Assembly: GCA_951406725.2 (NCBI GenBank)
Contig: OX597817.1
Location: forward strand, 161,448,001 to 161,512,000
Source of the DNA: Octopus vulgaris
Taxonomy: Eukaryota
Direction: 5' to 3'
Length of the DNA: 64,000 nucleotides
Positions 1-14,165 of this stretch are shown piece after piece (position 1 is the stretch's first letter; every line of letters begins with the position of its first letter). The position numbers and the translations under genes are program-made. Below the pieces are notes generated by a model, which had not been told where the DNA came from, made no database searches, and saw only the letters and a list, made by a program, of their open reading frames with translations.

Positions 1-373
1 TGAACAGGTGTGCTTACGCGAATACTATGAACCTTTTACCCCCTTATTTAGTGGTCATTCGAATAGCACATGACCTTAACGTATTTTATGAATTTCAACT
101 GGTTTTTGTGCCAATGTAGATCATTGCTAGTTTTCTCTCACATTTTGTTATCCCCCCACCTGAAGTGTAATAGTTGGCCTTGCTTAGATTTTGATGGATA
201 TCCTCATCCTCAACAGCACCATCAGCAGCATCATCATCATCAGCAGCAACAACAATCTTGATATGATGGGTCAGATAAAAAATAATGCAAATTTCAGAGG
301 TTTATGTTGTTCTCAAAGTTTTCTGGAACATCAATTAAACCTCTCATCTATGCTGTCACATCAATGCTATATC

Positions 374-406
<33 letters not shown>

Positions 407-694
407 ATATGTATGTGTATATTTATATATTTGTGTGTGAGTGTATGTGTGTATACATACACATAGTTATAGTGTCATATCTCTGCTATTTTCACAATGT
501 ATACACTACAACACCACTGTATGTAGAATACTCCTTGTATATACTCTATCTCGCTACTACTACGCCTAGTACATACACTGTTTTGCAATTTCTACACACA
601 GTATATATATGTACACACATACATCTGATGGGTTACTCTATACTTTTGTAGAGTACAAATTTATTATTAATATTATTATTATTATTATTATTAT

Positions 695-1238
695 TGAGAG
701 AACAGTGCATGCCATCAAAGTGACACTGGGGTAAAATATACGAAGCCCAGTATACCCATCACCTGTCTGATAAGGGTACATCAGGCACATGCATCACAAT
801 CATATGCGCAACATGGTGATCTCATATCAAGATAAACAGCGCATGACCTTGCAGGTGGGGCCCAGTTAGAATTTTCTTCTGGTCGAGTAGCCCATCCCGC
901 TCAAAAGGTCCCTGAATAAGGATTGTCTAAGGATGTTGAATGAACCACCCATGTTTCCAAAGGTGAATTATCTAAACGTCCAAGAATTCCTTTCAACACA
1001 CAGCTATGATGCTCCCCCACTGCTTCTGCTCATGATCAGGGATGCACATGTCGTCAGCCACTAAGCGACTTGGTCAACAGGTTACGGTCAAACAACTTAC
1101 AAACAAATCTGTGGTATTGAGCAGAATATTTGCTGTAGCCCATCTTTTATACCAAGACAAAACAATGTACATGGTAACACTTCTAATCAGTTAAGATCAG
1201 AAGCTATGAGAGCCACTGCCTGGTACTGCATCAGGGCA

Positions 1239-1240
<2 letters not shown>
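695..1240. mobile_element. Interspersed repeat, probably a retroposon, inserted in (ATT)n
   Basis: Homologous to 13512-13972 and flanked by ATT microsatellites. Confidence 0.7.
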
Positions 1241-1295
<55 letters not shown>

Positions 1296-1824
1296 ACACG
1301 AATATTATTGACAGTGATTTTGAAGTTTTGGCCAGCTACAATAATAATCTTGTTTAAGGACAAAATGTATGCATGTGTGTGTGTATGTGGGTATAGTATT
1401 ATGTAATATTCCTTAATATACAAACACACAGAAGTGTATGTGCTCACATATGCATGCACACACACAATTTTGTTGCATTTCCTTGCATGTAAAGATTGCA
1501 TTCTTCTTCAAATATTGGCGTGTGCTGCAGTGTTTCTTAAAAAATACGCATGCATTGTGCCCCACAGCGTGTACTTCAGTGCCATATCCTTTGAGTAGAG
1601 TTGAGTATATACCCAGGTACAAAACCGTTTTGCCTACTCAAGTGAGTACAAGTACATGCCATTTGTGCACTCTGAGCATACACCGTTGTACTCTTCTTAA
1701 GTACTGCTGCATGTGTCAGGGTACCAACCACACTTAGGTTGAACGGCAAATAAGACATTACACTTCTTGGATTAATATTGAACGTCTGCTTTATAGCATC
1801 ACGGGCATAGCTGAATATAATGTG

Positions 1825-2255
1825 GGATCTTTTCGGTTTGAACGGTAGTTTTTTCTAGCGGTGTCATATGAAATTGTCACCCATAATTATGACCCTAGTA
1901 TCGATCTATTGCATTTCAGTCTGTTTTAGGGTTAGTTAGGGTTAGGATTAGGGGTGGGGGGAAGGGTATCTTTTTTTTCTTCACAAATGTAAATAAACCC
2001 AATCTGTTTCTTAAACGAGGGACATATTCATACGGCACAGAATATTTTCACCTCAATAGACGTCAATGATTGGTTGAAACTGCAGAAATTGAAGAAGAAA
2101 AAAAACAACAAATATCTTACAAACTATAGAATTTTCTCAATAAAGCCAAGAGAAAAAGATGTTTTATAAACACATTCTACCAGGATACGAAGTTTAAAAG
2201 TGTTTAGTTACGCGGAAATTATTTTAAAAAACTGCCGTTCAAGCCGAAAAGATCC
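1825..2255. mobile_element. Non-autonomous DNA transposon with ~30-bp TIRs, 5-bp TSD and internal TTAGGG-like repeats
   Basis: TIRs GGATCTTTTCGGTTTGAACGGTAGTTTTTT and AAAAAACTGCCGTTCAAGCCGAAAAGATCC. ATGTG on both flanks. ttagggttagttagggttagg at ~1926-1950. Confidence 0.8.
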
Positions 2256-3134
2256 ATGTGTTCCATCATTTGAGTTATCCCAGCATGCAATCTTGTTTGT
2301 TTTTATTTTGTTTATTTGTTTGTTTGTTTTTCCGCATCGAACTTCATAAGAACAAATTATTTAAAATGCATCTTAAGCTTATTACTTTACAGGTGGCGCG
2401 TTTCGGGAGTCAATTTTTTTACCGCTTGTTTCTTTTGTATTTTTCCGTTTTTTTTTTTTGGGTTTTCTTTTATTTGTTTGCACCACAGATTTCAAGACGC
2501 TATGCTTTTTGGTTGATAAGTATTACTAATTCTGTTGACATATTGCAGCACATGCACGTAAAATATACACGCGAAGGCACTTACACATAGACGCACGCAA
2601 ACATACAAAAATAATCAATGATTCTTTTTCTTCCGAGTTTTTTTATGTACAAGGGAGGCTACTCTGCAATAAAACTATCTGATGTTCCCCGATGACAACC
2701 TAACAGTTACTTCCCTTCTTATATATTTTTCTTACGTGGTTCTTTGACATTCGGAAAATAAATATGATGAACTTAAAGGTTGATACGTTGCGAGTTCGTA
2801 TAACGTTTGATGTTTCCCAAATGAAGGGAGGGTGTTGTGCAATAGAATTAAATAAACTTTCAATTTTGTATGTACACATACACATCCAGTTGTGAATGTG
2901 TGTGATATTTGAAACACGATGCGTGAGGTTACGATGGTAAGTTAATAATGACAACCTTGCGACTACAATATCTCTGCTGTGTTACTACTCTTACCCGCAT
3001 ACACAGTACCACTTACTTGATATGTAGCTATGCTTGCCACAGTTTGCTTTGGTTACTGCATGTCCCACTGACTGGTGAGTATATTAAAAAAATCACCAGT
3101 ACAAAAGGTGAAAAATAAATCTAATCAAATGGCA

Positions 3135-3300
3135 AATAAGGAGACGGACCTCTTCCTGTCGAGAGTCCCAGATAAACCTACCTCACGGCAAGGGGTGCAA
3201 ATGAGGGTAGCTATATCAAACTCCATTCTTCACCAAGTGCCACATAGTAGACGAGGCTCTTAGTAATAACAGTGTAGCAAAAAGGCTGTGCATCAGCATG
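3135..3300 (+). mobile_element. LINE ORF2 3'-end remnant
   Basis: DLFLSRVPDKP...RVAISNSILHQV resembles the LD.FL..VPD.P...R.A.SNSL..Q end of invertebrate CR1/L2-group LINEs. Confidence 0.55.
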
Positions 3301-3640
3301 GCCGCAGCTCTGAGCTGAAACTAGAGAGAAAAAAAAAAAGATGAGTTGAATTTGAAATAATAATTGTTCTAATTTCGTAAGTACACACACACACACGTTT
3401 TTACGCTGGGCTTCCACACAGTTTCTGACCACCAAATTCACTCACAAGGCATTTGTCAGTTTGGGACTATAGTAGAAGACACCTACCCAAGGTGTCGCAC
3501 AGTGGAACAGAACACGAAACCACATTTTTGCAAAGTGTTTGCTATGCCTGCTTTTTTCAAAACATTTACTCACACAAACTGACAACGGTGGGTTTGTAGA
3601 ATCAGTTGAGTATCTCACAAAATAGTTTGTGATATTTAGT

Positions 3641-4032
3641 TACTCTTTTACTTGTTTCAGTCATTTGACTGTGGCCATGCTGGAGCACCACCTTTAGTCA
3701 AGCAAATCGACCCCAGGACTTATTCTTTGTAAGCCTAGTACGTATCCTATCGGTCTCTTTTGCCGAACTGCTAAGTTACGGGGACATAAACACACCACCA
3801 TCAGTTGTCAAGTGATGTTGGGGGAGACAAACACAGACACACATACATATACACACACACACATATATATACATGTATACGACAGGCTTCTTTCAGTTTC
3901 CGCCTACCAAATCCACTCACAAGGCTTTGGTCAGCCCGAGGCTATAGTAGAAGACACTTGCCCAAGGTGTCACACAGTGGGACTGAACCTGGAGCCATGT
4001 GGTTCGTAACCAAGCTACTTACCACACAGCCA
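3641..4032 (-). mobile_element. SINE family B copy
   Basis: Homologous to 39617-40006. Confidence 0.8.
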
Positions 4033-5640
4033 TTGAGTTTACCATTAACCTTTCTGAGGTTGTTAAAGGAAGTGCCTAACAAATATTTATGTTGATTTAG
4101 CCAACCAGATTCTTCTCTAATATTTGTGGCCATATATCTATATTAGAATTTCATCTACTACATGTTTACACAATGTCTTTTCATGTTGTTTCTCTAATAT
4201 TATTTTCAGATTATAGCTCAGGCTTATCATCAGGCATATCATTTAGTTGTAGTTCTAAGTTCTGTCATCATCATTAGCAGCAATTTAATTTTCCATGTTG
4301 AATATAGTGTTTGTGTGTGTACTAAGATTTTGAATTGTTAATGTGCCCTGATGTTTCTGTCTCTCTAAGGACATATTAAGTCGGTTCAGAAAGTACTGCT
4401 GTAGCAATGATAGTCTGCTATATAACATCATTTTTTAAAAATGCATGAACTTCTTTGTGTGTGTGTGTGTGAACTCTGTTGCATTTACATGAAGGAGCTT
4501 CAACAATGAACTAATATAACATCATTAACAAATCCAAATATTTTTTCGCCCTCTCCCTTCTTTATATATATATATTTATATATAACTCCAAGAAAGTTAG
4601 AGGTTGTGAATCCAACCCACTAAAGGATAATATCTATCCAATATACTGCTGGTAGAGTACCCAGTTCTTAATACACAAGTGTTTTTTATTGCATTGCAAT
4701 TACATTACCGAGTGTACTAAATGGGTGAAGGTAAAGAGATATTTCACCATTAATTTATATAGCAAATAGATATTTTACCATTTTTCTTATTTGCTATATA
4801 TATATATTCATATTTTGAAATCCTCAATTTCAAACTCTCATTTTTGGTTTTGCTATGTGAAAGAATCTTCCTATGATTGTGGTCTTATTTGTATCTTGTT
4901 TTGGGGATGTAAAATGGCTTTGATGGAATACTTATTTATTTCGTGTTTTTTTTTTTTTTGTTTGTTTTTTAATATCTGCAAGTAACATGAAATATATCTC
5001 ATAAATCCATTCATCATAATTCTTGACCTTTTGGCATATATATAACATGACTGTTTGCTGTTGGTATTTTAGTACTGAATATATATAAAGTTTGGGATCT
5101 GTAAAAACTAATAAACAAATTATACATATAGATAAATATGTTAGTGAATCAAACTCCAGTATAGCCTGGTTTTTCACATTTTATTTTTGTATTTTTATAA
5201 TTTTACAGTATTATATATTGCGGTATTACTAGTACTTTCTTGTTTTATAACGATCTTCATGTAAATGTTTATCTGGTAACATTAACAAACAGCTAGTGTG
5301 CCAGTGTCGCTTTACTGGCACTTGTACTGGTGGCACATGAAAAAACTTTTGAACGAGGTCATTGCCAGTGCTGCAGGACTGGCTCCTGTGCAGGTGGCAC
5401 ATAAAAAGCACCATTTGAGTGTGGTTGTTGCCAGTACCATCTGACTGGCCATCATGCTGGTGGCACATAAAAACACCCACTACACTGTCGGAGTGGTTGA
5501 CGTTAGGAAGAGCATCCAGCTGTAGATACTCCGCCAGATCAGATTGGACCCTGGTGCAGACATCTGGTTTGCCAGTCCTCAGTCAAATCATCGAACCCAT
5601 ACTAGCATGGAAAGCGTACGTTAAACGATGATGATGATAA

Positions 5641-5686
<46 letters not shown>

Positions 5687-6016
5687 TCATCATTTAATGA
5701 CCTTCTTCCATGCTAACATGCCTTAGATGATTTGACAAGAGCTGGCAAGTCAGAACAATATGCCAAACTCTACCATCTGCTTTGGCATGGTTTCCATGGC
5801 AAGTGCGTCTGAGGTGCTTTTTACATGGCACCGCCAATAGTGAGGTCACCTAGTAACTTGCAAAAACAGGACCCTTCAACTGAGGGGTGTAGTATTGAAG
5901 GAGGTGGCTTTGTGCCAGGTGATGAGTGGTAAATCTATGAAAGAGGGACAGAAACACAGAATATGCTTCAACACACAAACTCATATAAAGAATCTTGCAA
6001 ACCAAATCCAAAAACG

Positions 6017-6100
<84 letters not shown>

Positions 6101-7047
6101 AGCAGTTGTAGTAACCAACTAAGGAATAAAATATCCCTTGTGCCAAAATTTGAATTCAACATTTGAATACACCTGCCAATTTCAGTAGTATTTCATATCT
6201 CAGTGTGACACGTGTGTTTTCAGAGACACATCACATCACCAGTGGTGTTGGTTGTGGTAGTGACTGTTTGGTTGATTGATCATCATGCTTCACATGCAGG
6301 CAGCTGTGGCTTTAGTATATACACATGGGTGGGTGTACAACTGAAATGAATATGTGTCTAGTATAATCTGAACTGGGATCTTAGAGAAGGTAGAATTTCA
6401 GGAAATAGTTTTAGTGGATGTCATTGAATCTCTGTTGCATCTCAGTTTCTTGTTTACTTTTTAATACATATATATGCACATGCATGTGCACATAGGTACA
6501 TATATACATACAGTTGGACAAATAGACACATACACTTTCATATACACTTACATACAAAACATACATACCAAACACATACACATATATACATATTTAAGAC
6601 ATAAGTGTGTGAATGAAATTTGCTTAGTGGGATGCAAACCCAATTTTTTGGAGAATATTCAAAACATTTTCATCAACCCCTACCAAAAAAAAAATATTTA
6701 TTTAGGGAGTGCACTTGCACCCCTGCATCCCCTGCTCCTAAGCTTATGCTTAAAGAAGGAGAGAGATAAGTGGGCTGTCTGAAGCTATTGTCCCCCACCT
6801 GTTCACAGAGGTGTTTGCAAGCATATTCACACACACCATAATAGAGCTTATGTAACAGCATGGAACCTGAAGGCAGAAACAATCCCCATGATAATAGGTG
6901 TTTTAGTCAAAGGTTTAGTCAAAAAGCATACAGACCAATATGTGACCTAAACCCCAGGACTAACAAGTATATATAACATAGACAAAGTAGCATTACTAGA
7001 CACTCCACATGTCCTATGCAGTGCACTCTTAATACAGTAAAAAAAAG

Positions 7048-7280
7048 GTTGGCGAGCTGGCAGAAACGTTAGCACACCAGGCGAAATACTTAGCAGTACT
7101 TCGTTTGCCACTATGTTCTGAGTTCAAATTCCGCCAAGGTCGACTTTGCCTTTCATCCTTTTGGTGTCGATAAATTAAGTACCAGTTACACACTGGGATC
7201 GACATAATCGACTTAATCCCTTTGTCTGTCCTTGTTTGTTCCCTCTATGTTTAGCCCCCTGTGGGCAATAAAGAAATAAA
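7048..7280 (+). mobile_element. SINE family A copy (others at ~9814, 12822, 13073, 19740-20380, 26884, 41668; a minus copy at 41300-41530)
   Basis: Same A/B-box head and gcctttcatccttt core. Confidence 0.8.
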
Positions 7281-7927
7281 TATAGTAAAAATAACAACAC
7301 CAAAAGCAAACCACAGCACATACTTAAAGCCCAGCGAACTGTGTTACTGTTCTGTGAAAGCAAGCAAAAAAAATAAGATTACATAATAATAATGATTTCA
7401 TTTATTTGCCATCAGGGCAAAGGATGAAGGGACAGTACAAGGCAGACATAAAGTGTAGGGGTGTACATATAATGAAATGGTAAAATAAATAAATAAGAGT
7501 AAGTATACATACTATAGAATGAAAAGGAAGGGAGATATACATAGTATATAAAGGTTAAAAAAAGGGATAATCAAGGGATAATCAAGGAACCCCATGACAA
7601 CAATAATAAGCAATAAGAAGAGTGTGATGTGATTTATCATAAATAGGGATTGAGTCTGTTTATTGAATTGACCAATTTTTTTATAGTGTCTGTCTTGGGA
7701 AAAGGAAAAAAGAACAGACACAGAAATACAGAAATTCAAAATATGACTGGGAATATCCTGTGTTCTTTTTTAGACAAAATGATGTCATCAGTTTTCCCTT
7801 TTCCTTAACGTGTGTTTGTATCTGGATCATGCAAAATACATTTTGGCTTCTAAAATCTATGTTTGAATTCATTATCTGATGCAAGTGGAAATGTTCAAAG
7901 TTGTTCAGTCAGCTGTAAATTATTTTC

Positions 7928-8240
7928 ATCATCATCATCATTTAACATCCGTTTTCTGTGCTAGCACGGGTTGGACGGTTCGACCGGGGTCTGGGAAGCC
8001 AGGAGGCTGAACCAGGCTCCAGTCTGATCTGGCAGTGTTTTTACAGCTGGATGCCCTTCCTAATGCCAACCACTCCATGAGTGTAGTGGGTGCTTTGTAT
8101 GTGCCACCAGCACAGGTGCCAGGGGAGGCTGGCAATGGCCACGATCAGTTGGTGCTTTTTACATGCCACCGGCACAAAAGCCAGTCAAGGTGGCGCTGGC
8201 ATCAGTCACATTCGGTTGGTGCTTTTTACGTGCCACCGTG
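7928..8240 (-). mobile_element. SINE family C with RTE-like (GAT)n tail (others at ~5290-5640 +, 8556-8712 -, 43217-43510 -)
   Basis: Shared gagtggttggc.ttaggaagggcatccagctgta...gttaaa(c/t)gatgatgat. Confidence 0.75.
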
Positions 8241-10228
8241 CAAAAAAGATTCAGCTTCTATGCTACAAAGACGGTCTTACATTACTATGATTCCAGGTAG
8301 TGGATTGGAAAAATCTTTAGTCTTGGACAAAATGCTTTGCAGTAGATTTTCTAACTCTTTATGTTATGAGATCAAATCTCACTGAGGTCAGCTTTGTCTT
8401 TTATCCTTTCAGGAGGCAATAAAATGAAATACCACTGCTAGAGTTTATATAATTGACTTTCCTTTCTCCAAGTTTCTGGCTTTGTGTCTGTGTTAGAAAT
8501 GATTTCATACATTTAACTGTAATGATATCAGAGTGTAATAAGGATTTTTACTTAATCATCATCATCATCATTGTTTAACGTCTGCTTTCCATGGGCTGGA
8601 TGATTTGACTGAAGGCTGGTGAACCAGATGGCTGCACCAGGTTCCAATCTTGATCTGCCAGAGTTTCTACAGCTGGATGCCCTTCCTAACGCCAACCACT
8701 CCGAGAGTGTAGCACTCCAAGATAATAATTTGTATTCATCATTGCTTTAGCATCCATGTTTCCAAAATTTGCATGGGTTGGATGGAATTTATTGAGGCAA
8801 ACTTTCTGTGGCTGGATGTTCTTCCTGTCACTAACTTTGTCTTGTTTCCAAGTAAGGTAATATTTCACTATGACCAGACAGGGTTTCACCAAAGATTGGT
8901 AACAGGACACCACTTGCATGGCAGTGGCATTTGTTTGCAATTATCAAGTGAAGTCAAGACAAGACAGCAATACACACACACACACACACATGATGGACCT
9001 CCACACAATTTCTGTCTACCGATTCTGCTCACAAAGCATTGGTTGGCCTGGGGCTATAGTAGAAGACACTTGCCCAAGATGCCACATAGTGGGACTGAAC
9101 CTGAAGTCATTTGGCTGCAACGTGAACTTCTTACCACACAACCATACCTGCAACTATTTATTTTTGATGTAAATATAGCGTTTAATAGGTATAAAAACAG
9201 AAACTAATATTGATATCAGATTATAAAGATGCTGGTACTTATAAAATATTATTGCAGTCATCTTCCATCTGAAATCACTCTGTGTGTAATTTTACCATTG
9301 TTTCTGGAACTTATTTCTGAGTAGTCTTAAACTTCCATTTTATTGAAAATAGAAGACTGAAATGAAATACTTGTGATCAAAAGTGGGAGATATATATCTA
9401 AAATGTTGCTCACTCAAAGTGTAACTTTCTTCAAACCATTTGTGAGGACAAGACTGATGACAGTATTATTTTCCATCAAAATGCAGAAGTTAAGGCGCTA
9501 CCAAACTGGAAGTAGAATTTTCGATTAAGAAAACTTTTTAATTTCTTAACTTGTTTTTTGTCACAACTAACTTACTTCAGCTACCCAAAGGTTCAATATA
9601 TAGCACTATACATAACACTATGTAAACAGATAAATTTTTTTTTCAGTTTTTCATATCTACCATCTGCTGACTTAAAGTTATATAACCTACAACCCATGTC
9701 CACAGCTAGATAGGACCATTGAGTCTCCTTACAATGATAGCTCACTTCAGCAGTCTCAGACACAGCAATATTGATTATCTGGTCGTCATACAATGGTTGT
9801 GCATTGTATAATAAGGCGGTGAGCTGGCAGAAACGTTAGAACGCTGGGCGAAATGTTTAGCAGTATTTCGTCTGCCGCTACGTTCTGAGTTAAAATTCCG
9901 CCAAGGTCGACTTTGCCTTTCATCCTTTTGGGGTTGGATGTAATCGACTTAATCCTTTGTCTGTCCTTCTTTGTCCTCTCTATGTTTATCCCCTTGTGGG
10001 CAATAAAGAAATAACAATGGTTGTGCATTTCAAAAATTATTCCATGCACACACACACACACATAATATGTGACTAGGCTCAATAGAATGGCAGCTATTCC
10101 TTAAATAAATGCAGGCTGCCAGGATTTAAGACATTATTATAACTTTATATTCTAGATTCAGTTCTAAATCTTGTTTGTTTGATATCTCTAAACTGCTGCT
10201 GTCACATAATGTCTTTTTCTCTCTGCAG

Positions 10229-10290
10229 TGTCCTCCCTCCACCTCTCCCGCATCCTCGCAGTACAAGAGCTTCCTCTTTGAATAGCGCTG
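10229..10290 (+). CDS. ASAP: ASAP-family ArfGAP, internal coding exon (Pro-rich: VLPPPLPHPRSTRASSLNSA)
   Basis: Pyrimidine tract with ctctgcag acceptor and GTAAGT donor. 62 nt, phase 2 to 1; joins the next exon in frame (G|AT=Asp). Confidence 0.8.
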
Positions 10291-10548
10291 GTAAGTTAAA
10301 CCATTTCTGACACAACTTCTACAAACACAATCAAATGATTTACCACCAAACAAAAGGAAATGCTCAAAATACTCATCATAGTTCTTGTATCAACATTTAG
10401 ACTTATAATTGCCTGCACATATTCCTAGGCATGTTATCATCATCAACATGGATTTTACTTACTGTTCATAATTCTTAATAACATGAAGTGGACACATGCT
10501 CAATTCAACATTTCCTCTAGATGTTAATATTCAGTGTTTTCTCATTAA

Positions 10549-10770
10549 CCCTTTCATTACTGTATTTATTTTTAGGTGCTCTGTGTCTCTTTAAATTAAT
10601 TTTAAATATAGCAAAGAATTCAGTAAAATAACTTAGTTATCATTAAGCTAGTGTTAGGAACATAAATTGTAACTAAGGTTTGGTGGAAGATTTTAATTCA
10701 AAACTTATGAAAACAAAACATTTGTGCTAGAGATCCAGAGGTGGTTTCAGCCGGGTTGGTATCAAAAGGG
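10549..10770. mobile_element. piggyBac-type TTAA MITE family 1 (in an ASAP intron)
   Basis: TTAA TSDs and CCCTTT...AAAGGG TIRs; about 220 bp; homologous to four other copies. Confidence 0.85.
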
Positions 10771-11039
10771 TTAAACTACATATTTGAAGCCATAAAAAAC
10801 AAACAGACATATTTGATGCACCCCAATTTCAGCTGCACATATTCAAGAACAAGAGGTTTTAGTGCATTAAAGCATGTAATATAGGTCCAAAATCACATGT
10901 AGGACCCAGGGTGATTTTTTTTTTTTTTTTGAGATATTTTTAGTAATCTTAACTGTTGATTTGTTTATTATATTCATTGGTTAATTCTCGTCTGAAACGT
11001 TTAAATTGATTTTAGCAAATTGTTTGTTTTCTGTTTCAG

Positions 11040-11158
11040 ATTTGACCCTACGTAATGATCGAAGTCGTTCTCGTGACAGAATTGATCCTGGGGGGAGAGT
11101 TGAAGAGACTCAGGGCAAAGACTTTGTAGCACCACCTGTTCCTGTTCCACGAATTAAG
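11040..11158 (+). CDS. ASAP: ASAP-family ArfGAP exon (DLTLRNDRSRSRDRIDPGGRVEETQGKDFVAPPVPVPRIK)
   Basis: tttctgtttcag acceptor and AAG|GTATGT donor. 119 nt, phase 1 to 0. PPVPVPR is a PxxPxR-type motif just before the SH3. Confidence 0.85.
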
Positions 11159-11685
11159 GTATGTTCCTCAGTGCCATTTCTTTCAGTTGAGATGGTTGAC
11201 ACAGCTCTCTTGCAATTTATTTTCTCTTTGACGTTCTGACATGGAAAAAGAAAATGAAATAAAAACAGACTCTGTTTCAAACCCTCAGAACATCTAACTG
11301 CAGTTAAAAGATAACTTGGAGGAACTATATCAAAGCTGTGTGGTGCAACATAATGATTTAACCACAGTGTTGAATGTGGAAATAGGGAGAAATGAAGGCA
11401 GTTTTATTTGCTGAACATGTAATATTAGATAATGTGAACTTTCCAGACAACCCAATATAATAATTCTGCAAACAATATTTCCATAATTTTCAACTTTAAT
11501 ATATATCTTACATCCAACACAACTACATACTGGAACAGGCAGACGTGCTTCAAGAGGATACAGCTTGGGGTTTACCCTACTTATATACATGTAATGTCTG
11601 CATATACATGTATTGTCTGTAAGAGTGTATATGTGTAATTTTGTTGGGTAGAATGATGTTTATTGTTGTGTATGTTTACTTCCAG

Positions 11686-11811
11686 AAAAAATCTAATGGT
11701 AAGAGACGCTGTCGAGCTAAATATGATTGTGATGCTGATAATGAAGATGAGCTGACATTTAAAGGTGGAGAAATTATTATCGTCCTCCATGAAGAGGAGG
11801 AAGAGTGGTGG
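11686..11811 (+). CDS. ASAP: ASAP-family ArfGAP exon, N-terminal part of SH3 (RRCRAKYDCDADNEDELTFKGGEIIIVLHEEEEEWW)
   Basis: ttccag acceptor and TGG|GTGAGT donor; 126 nt. Closely resembles the ASAP1/2 SH3 (YDCxADNxDELTFxEGEVIIV..EE..EWW). Confidence 0.93.
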
Positions 11812-13511
11812 GTGAGTACATTGACGCTTGACTCGATCAGAGCTTCTTCGTTTGTCTTTTACTTGTTTCACTCATTAGACTGCAACGGCCACGCTGGGGC
11901 ATTGGCTTGGCAACAATTTTAGTCGAATGAATTAACCACACTATTTATTCTCCTTTTTTGTTATGCCTGGTACTCACTCTATCAGTCTTTTTTGCCGAAC
12001 CACTAAGTTGCAAGGATATAGTAGAACACACTTGCCCAAGGTGTCATGCAATAAGATTGAACCTGGAACCATGTGGTGGAAGAGCAAGCTTCTTACCGCA
12101 CAGCTACACCTGTGAGTTTATTGAAAGGGGGTGAAAGTTACAAAAATGGCAAGAGTGGATGGTACCTCTCTAAGTGTATGCTTGTTAGTCGGAGAATGGG
12201 AATTGCGGAGGGCACTTGCCCCTTCATGTTTTGGGAGATCTTGGATTGTGGGGTTTCTCGATTATCCCTAGAGGTCATCCTGTATCACAAGGGCTACACC
12301 TCTATCACACGCCCAACACACTTTTTGGTAATTTTTGTATACTATGTATATTTCCCTGGCTTAGTGGTTAAGACATTTGGCTCACAATCATAAGGCCATG
12401 AGTTCAGTTCCCGGTGAGACATTGTGTCCTTAAGCAAGACACTTTATTTCACATTGCTCCAGTCCACTCAGCTGGCAAAAAGGAGTAGTACCTGTATTTC
12501 AAAGGGCCAACCTTGTCACATTCCATGTCACACTGAAGTTCCCAGTGAACTATGTTATGGGTACACGTGTCTGGAGTGCTCAGCCACTTGCACGTTATTT
12601 TCATGAGCAAACAGTTCCGTTGCTTGGATCAACTGGAACCCTCGTTGTCGTAACCAATGGAGTGCCAGTCATTGTATCTCATATATACTTACTCTCTTTT
12701 TGTTATCTATTTATTTATTTTATCATTTCATTATATGTAAACCTCTACACTTTATGTTTGTTTTGTATTGTCCCCTTCATCCTTCGCCCTGGTGGCAAAT
12801 AAATGAAATCGTTGTTATTATTTGGCAGAATCATTAGCATGCCGGGTGAAATGCCTAGCGGTACTTCGTCTGCCATAACGTCCTGAGTTCAAATTCTGCC
12901 ATGGTCAGCTTTGCCTTTCATCTTTTCGGGGTCGATTAAATAAGTACCTGTTATGCAATGGGATTGATGTAATCGACTTAATCCCTTTGTCTGTCTTTGT
13001 TTGTCCTCTCTATGTTTAGCCCCCTGTGGGCAATAAAGAAATAAATTATTATTATTATTATTATTATTATTGAAGGCAGCGAGCTGGCAGAATCGTTTCG
13101 CATGCTGGACAAAATGCTTAGCAGTATTTCGCTCATTGCTACATTCTGAGTTCAAGTTCCGCTGAAGTAGACTTTGTGTTTCATCATCGTGGGGTCAATA
13201 AATTAAGTACAAGTGAAATACTAGGGTTGATGTAATCAACTAGTCTGCTCCCACCAAATTTCAGGCCTACTATCTTTAGTAGAAAGGATTATTATTATTA
13301 TTATTATTATTATGTGATGAAAACTCACAGCTTATTTTGCTGAGTATGATGGAACGTGTCAGCTGTCCACAGCCAGCAAACAAAGGTGACACTTGTTTAC
13401 TGGTCCTGCTTCAAGAACCCTGTGAAGAATTCTTGCAGTTCCAAGCAATGCTGATTTTTGTAGGTGTTCTACCTTCATGCTTACACTAATCTTTATAATT
13501 ATTATTATTAT

Positions 13512-13972
13512 TGAGTGAGAGAGCAGTGCATGCCATCAAAGTGACACTGGGGTAAAATATATGAAGCCCATTATACCCATCATGACTACCCATCTGATAA
13601 GAGTACACCAGGCACATGCATCATAGCCATATGTGCACGACATGGTAATTTCATATCAAGATAAACAGCACATGACCTTTCAGGTGGGGCCCAGTTAGAA
13701 TTTTCTTTGGCTCGAGTAGCCCATCTCGCTCAAATGGTCTTTAAATAAGAGTTGTTTAAGGATGTTGATTGAAACAGGCATGTTTCCAAAGGGGAATTAT
13801 TCAGACACCAAAAGATTTCTCTCAACACATGTCTGTGATGCTCCTCCACTACTTCTGTTCGTGATCAGAGGTGCACATATTGTCAGCCAGAAAGGGACAT
13901 GCTCAACTGGTTAAGGCCAAACAACTTACAGGCAAATCTATGGTATTGAGCAGAATATTTGCTGTAGCCCAT
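13512..13972. mobile_element. Second copy of the 695-1240 repeat (last ASAP intron)
   Basis: Shares gagcagtgcatgccatcaaagtgacactggggtaaaatat...gctgtagcccatct. Confidence 0.7.
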
Positions 13973-14011
13973 CTTCTTCTTCTTCTTCTTCTTCTTCTTC
14001 TTCTTCTTCTT

Positions 14012-14042
<31 letters not shown>

Positions 14043-14088
14043 TTCTTCTTCTTCTTCTTCTTCTTCTTCTTCTTCTTCTTCTTCTTCT

Positions 14089-14123
<35 letters not shown>

Positions 14124-14165
14124 TTCTTGTCGTCTTCGTCGTCGTCGTCCTCTGCCTCCTCCTCA
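13973..14165. repeat. (CTT)n microsatellite grading into GTC/CCT
   Basis: About 50 CTT units, ending about 60-100 nt upstream of the last ASAP acceptor. Confidence 0.95.

Noticed and set aside
3805-4095. Recurrent ORFs such as RLLSVS..QIHSQG..VEDTCPRCH
   Set aside because: Translations of SINE family B copies, not genes.
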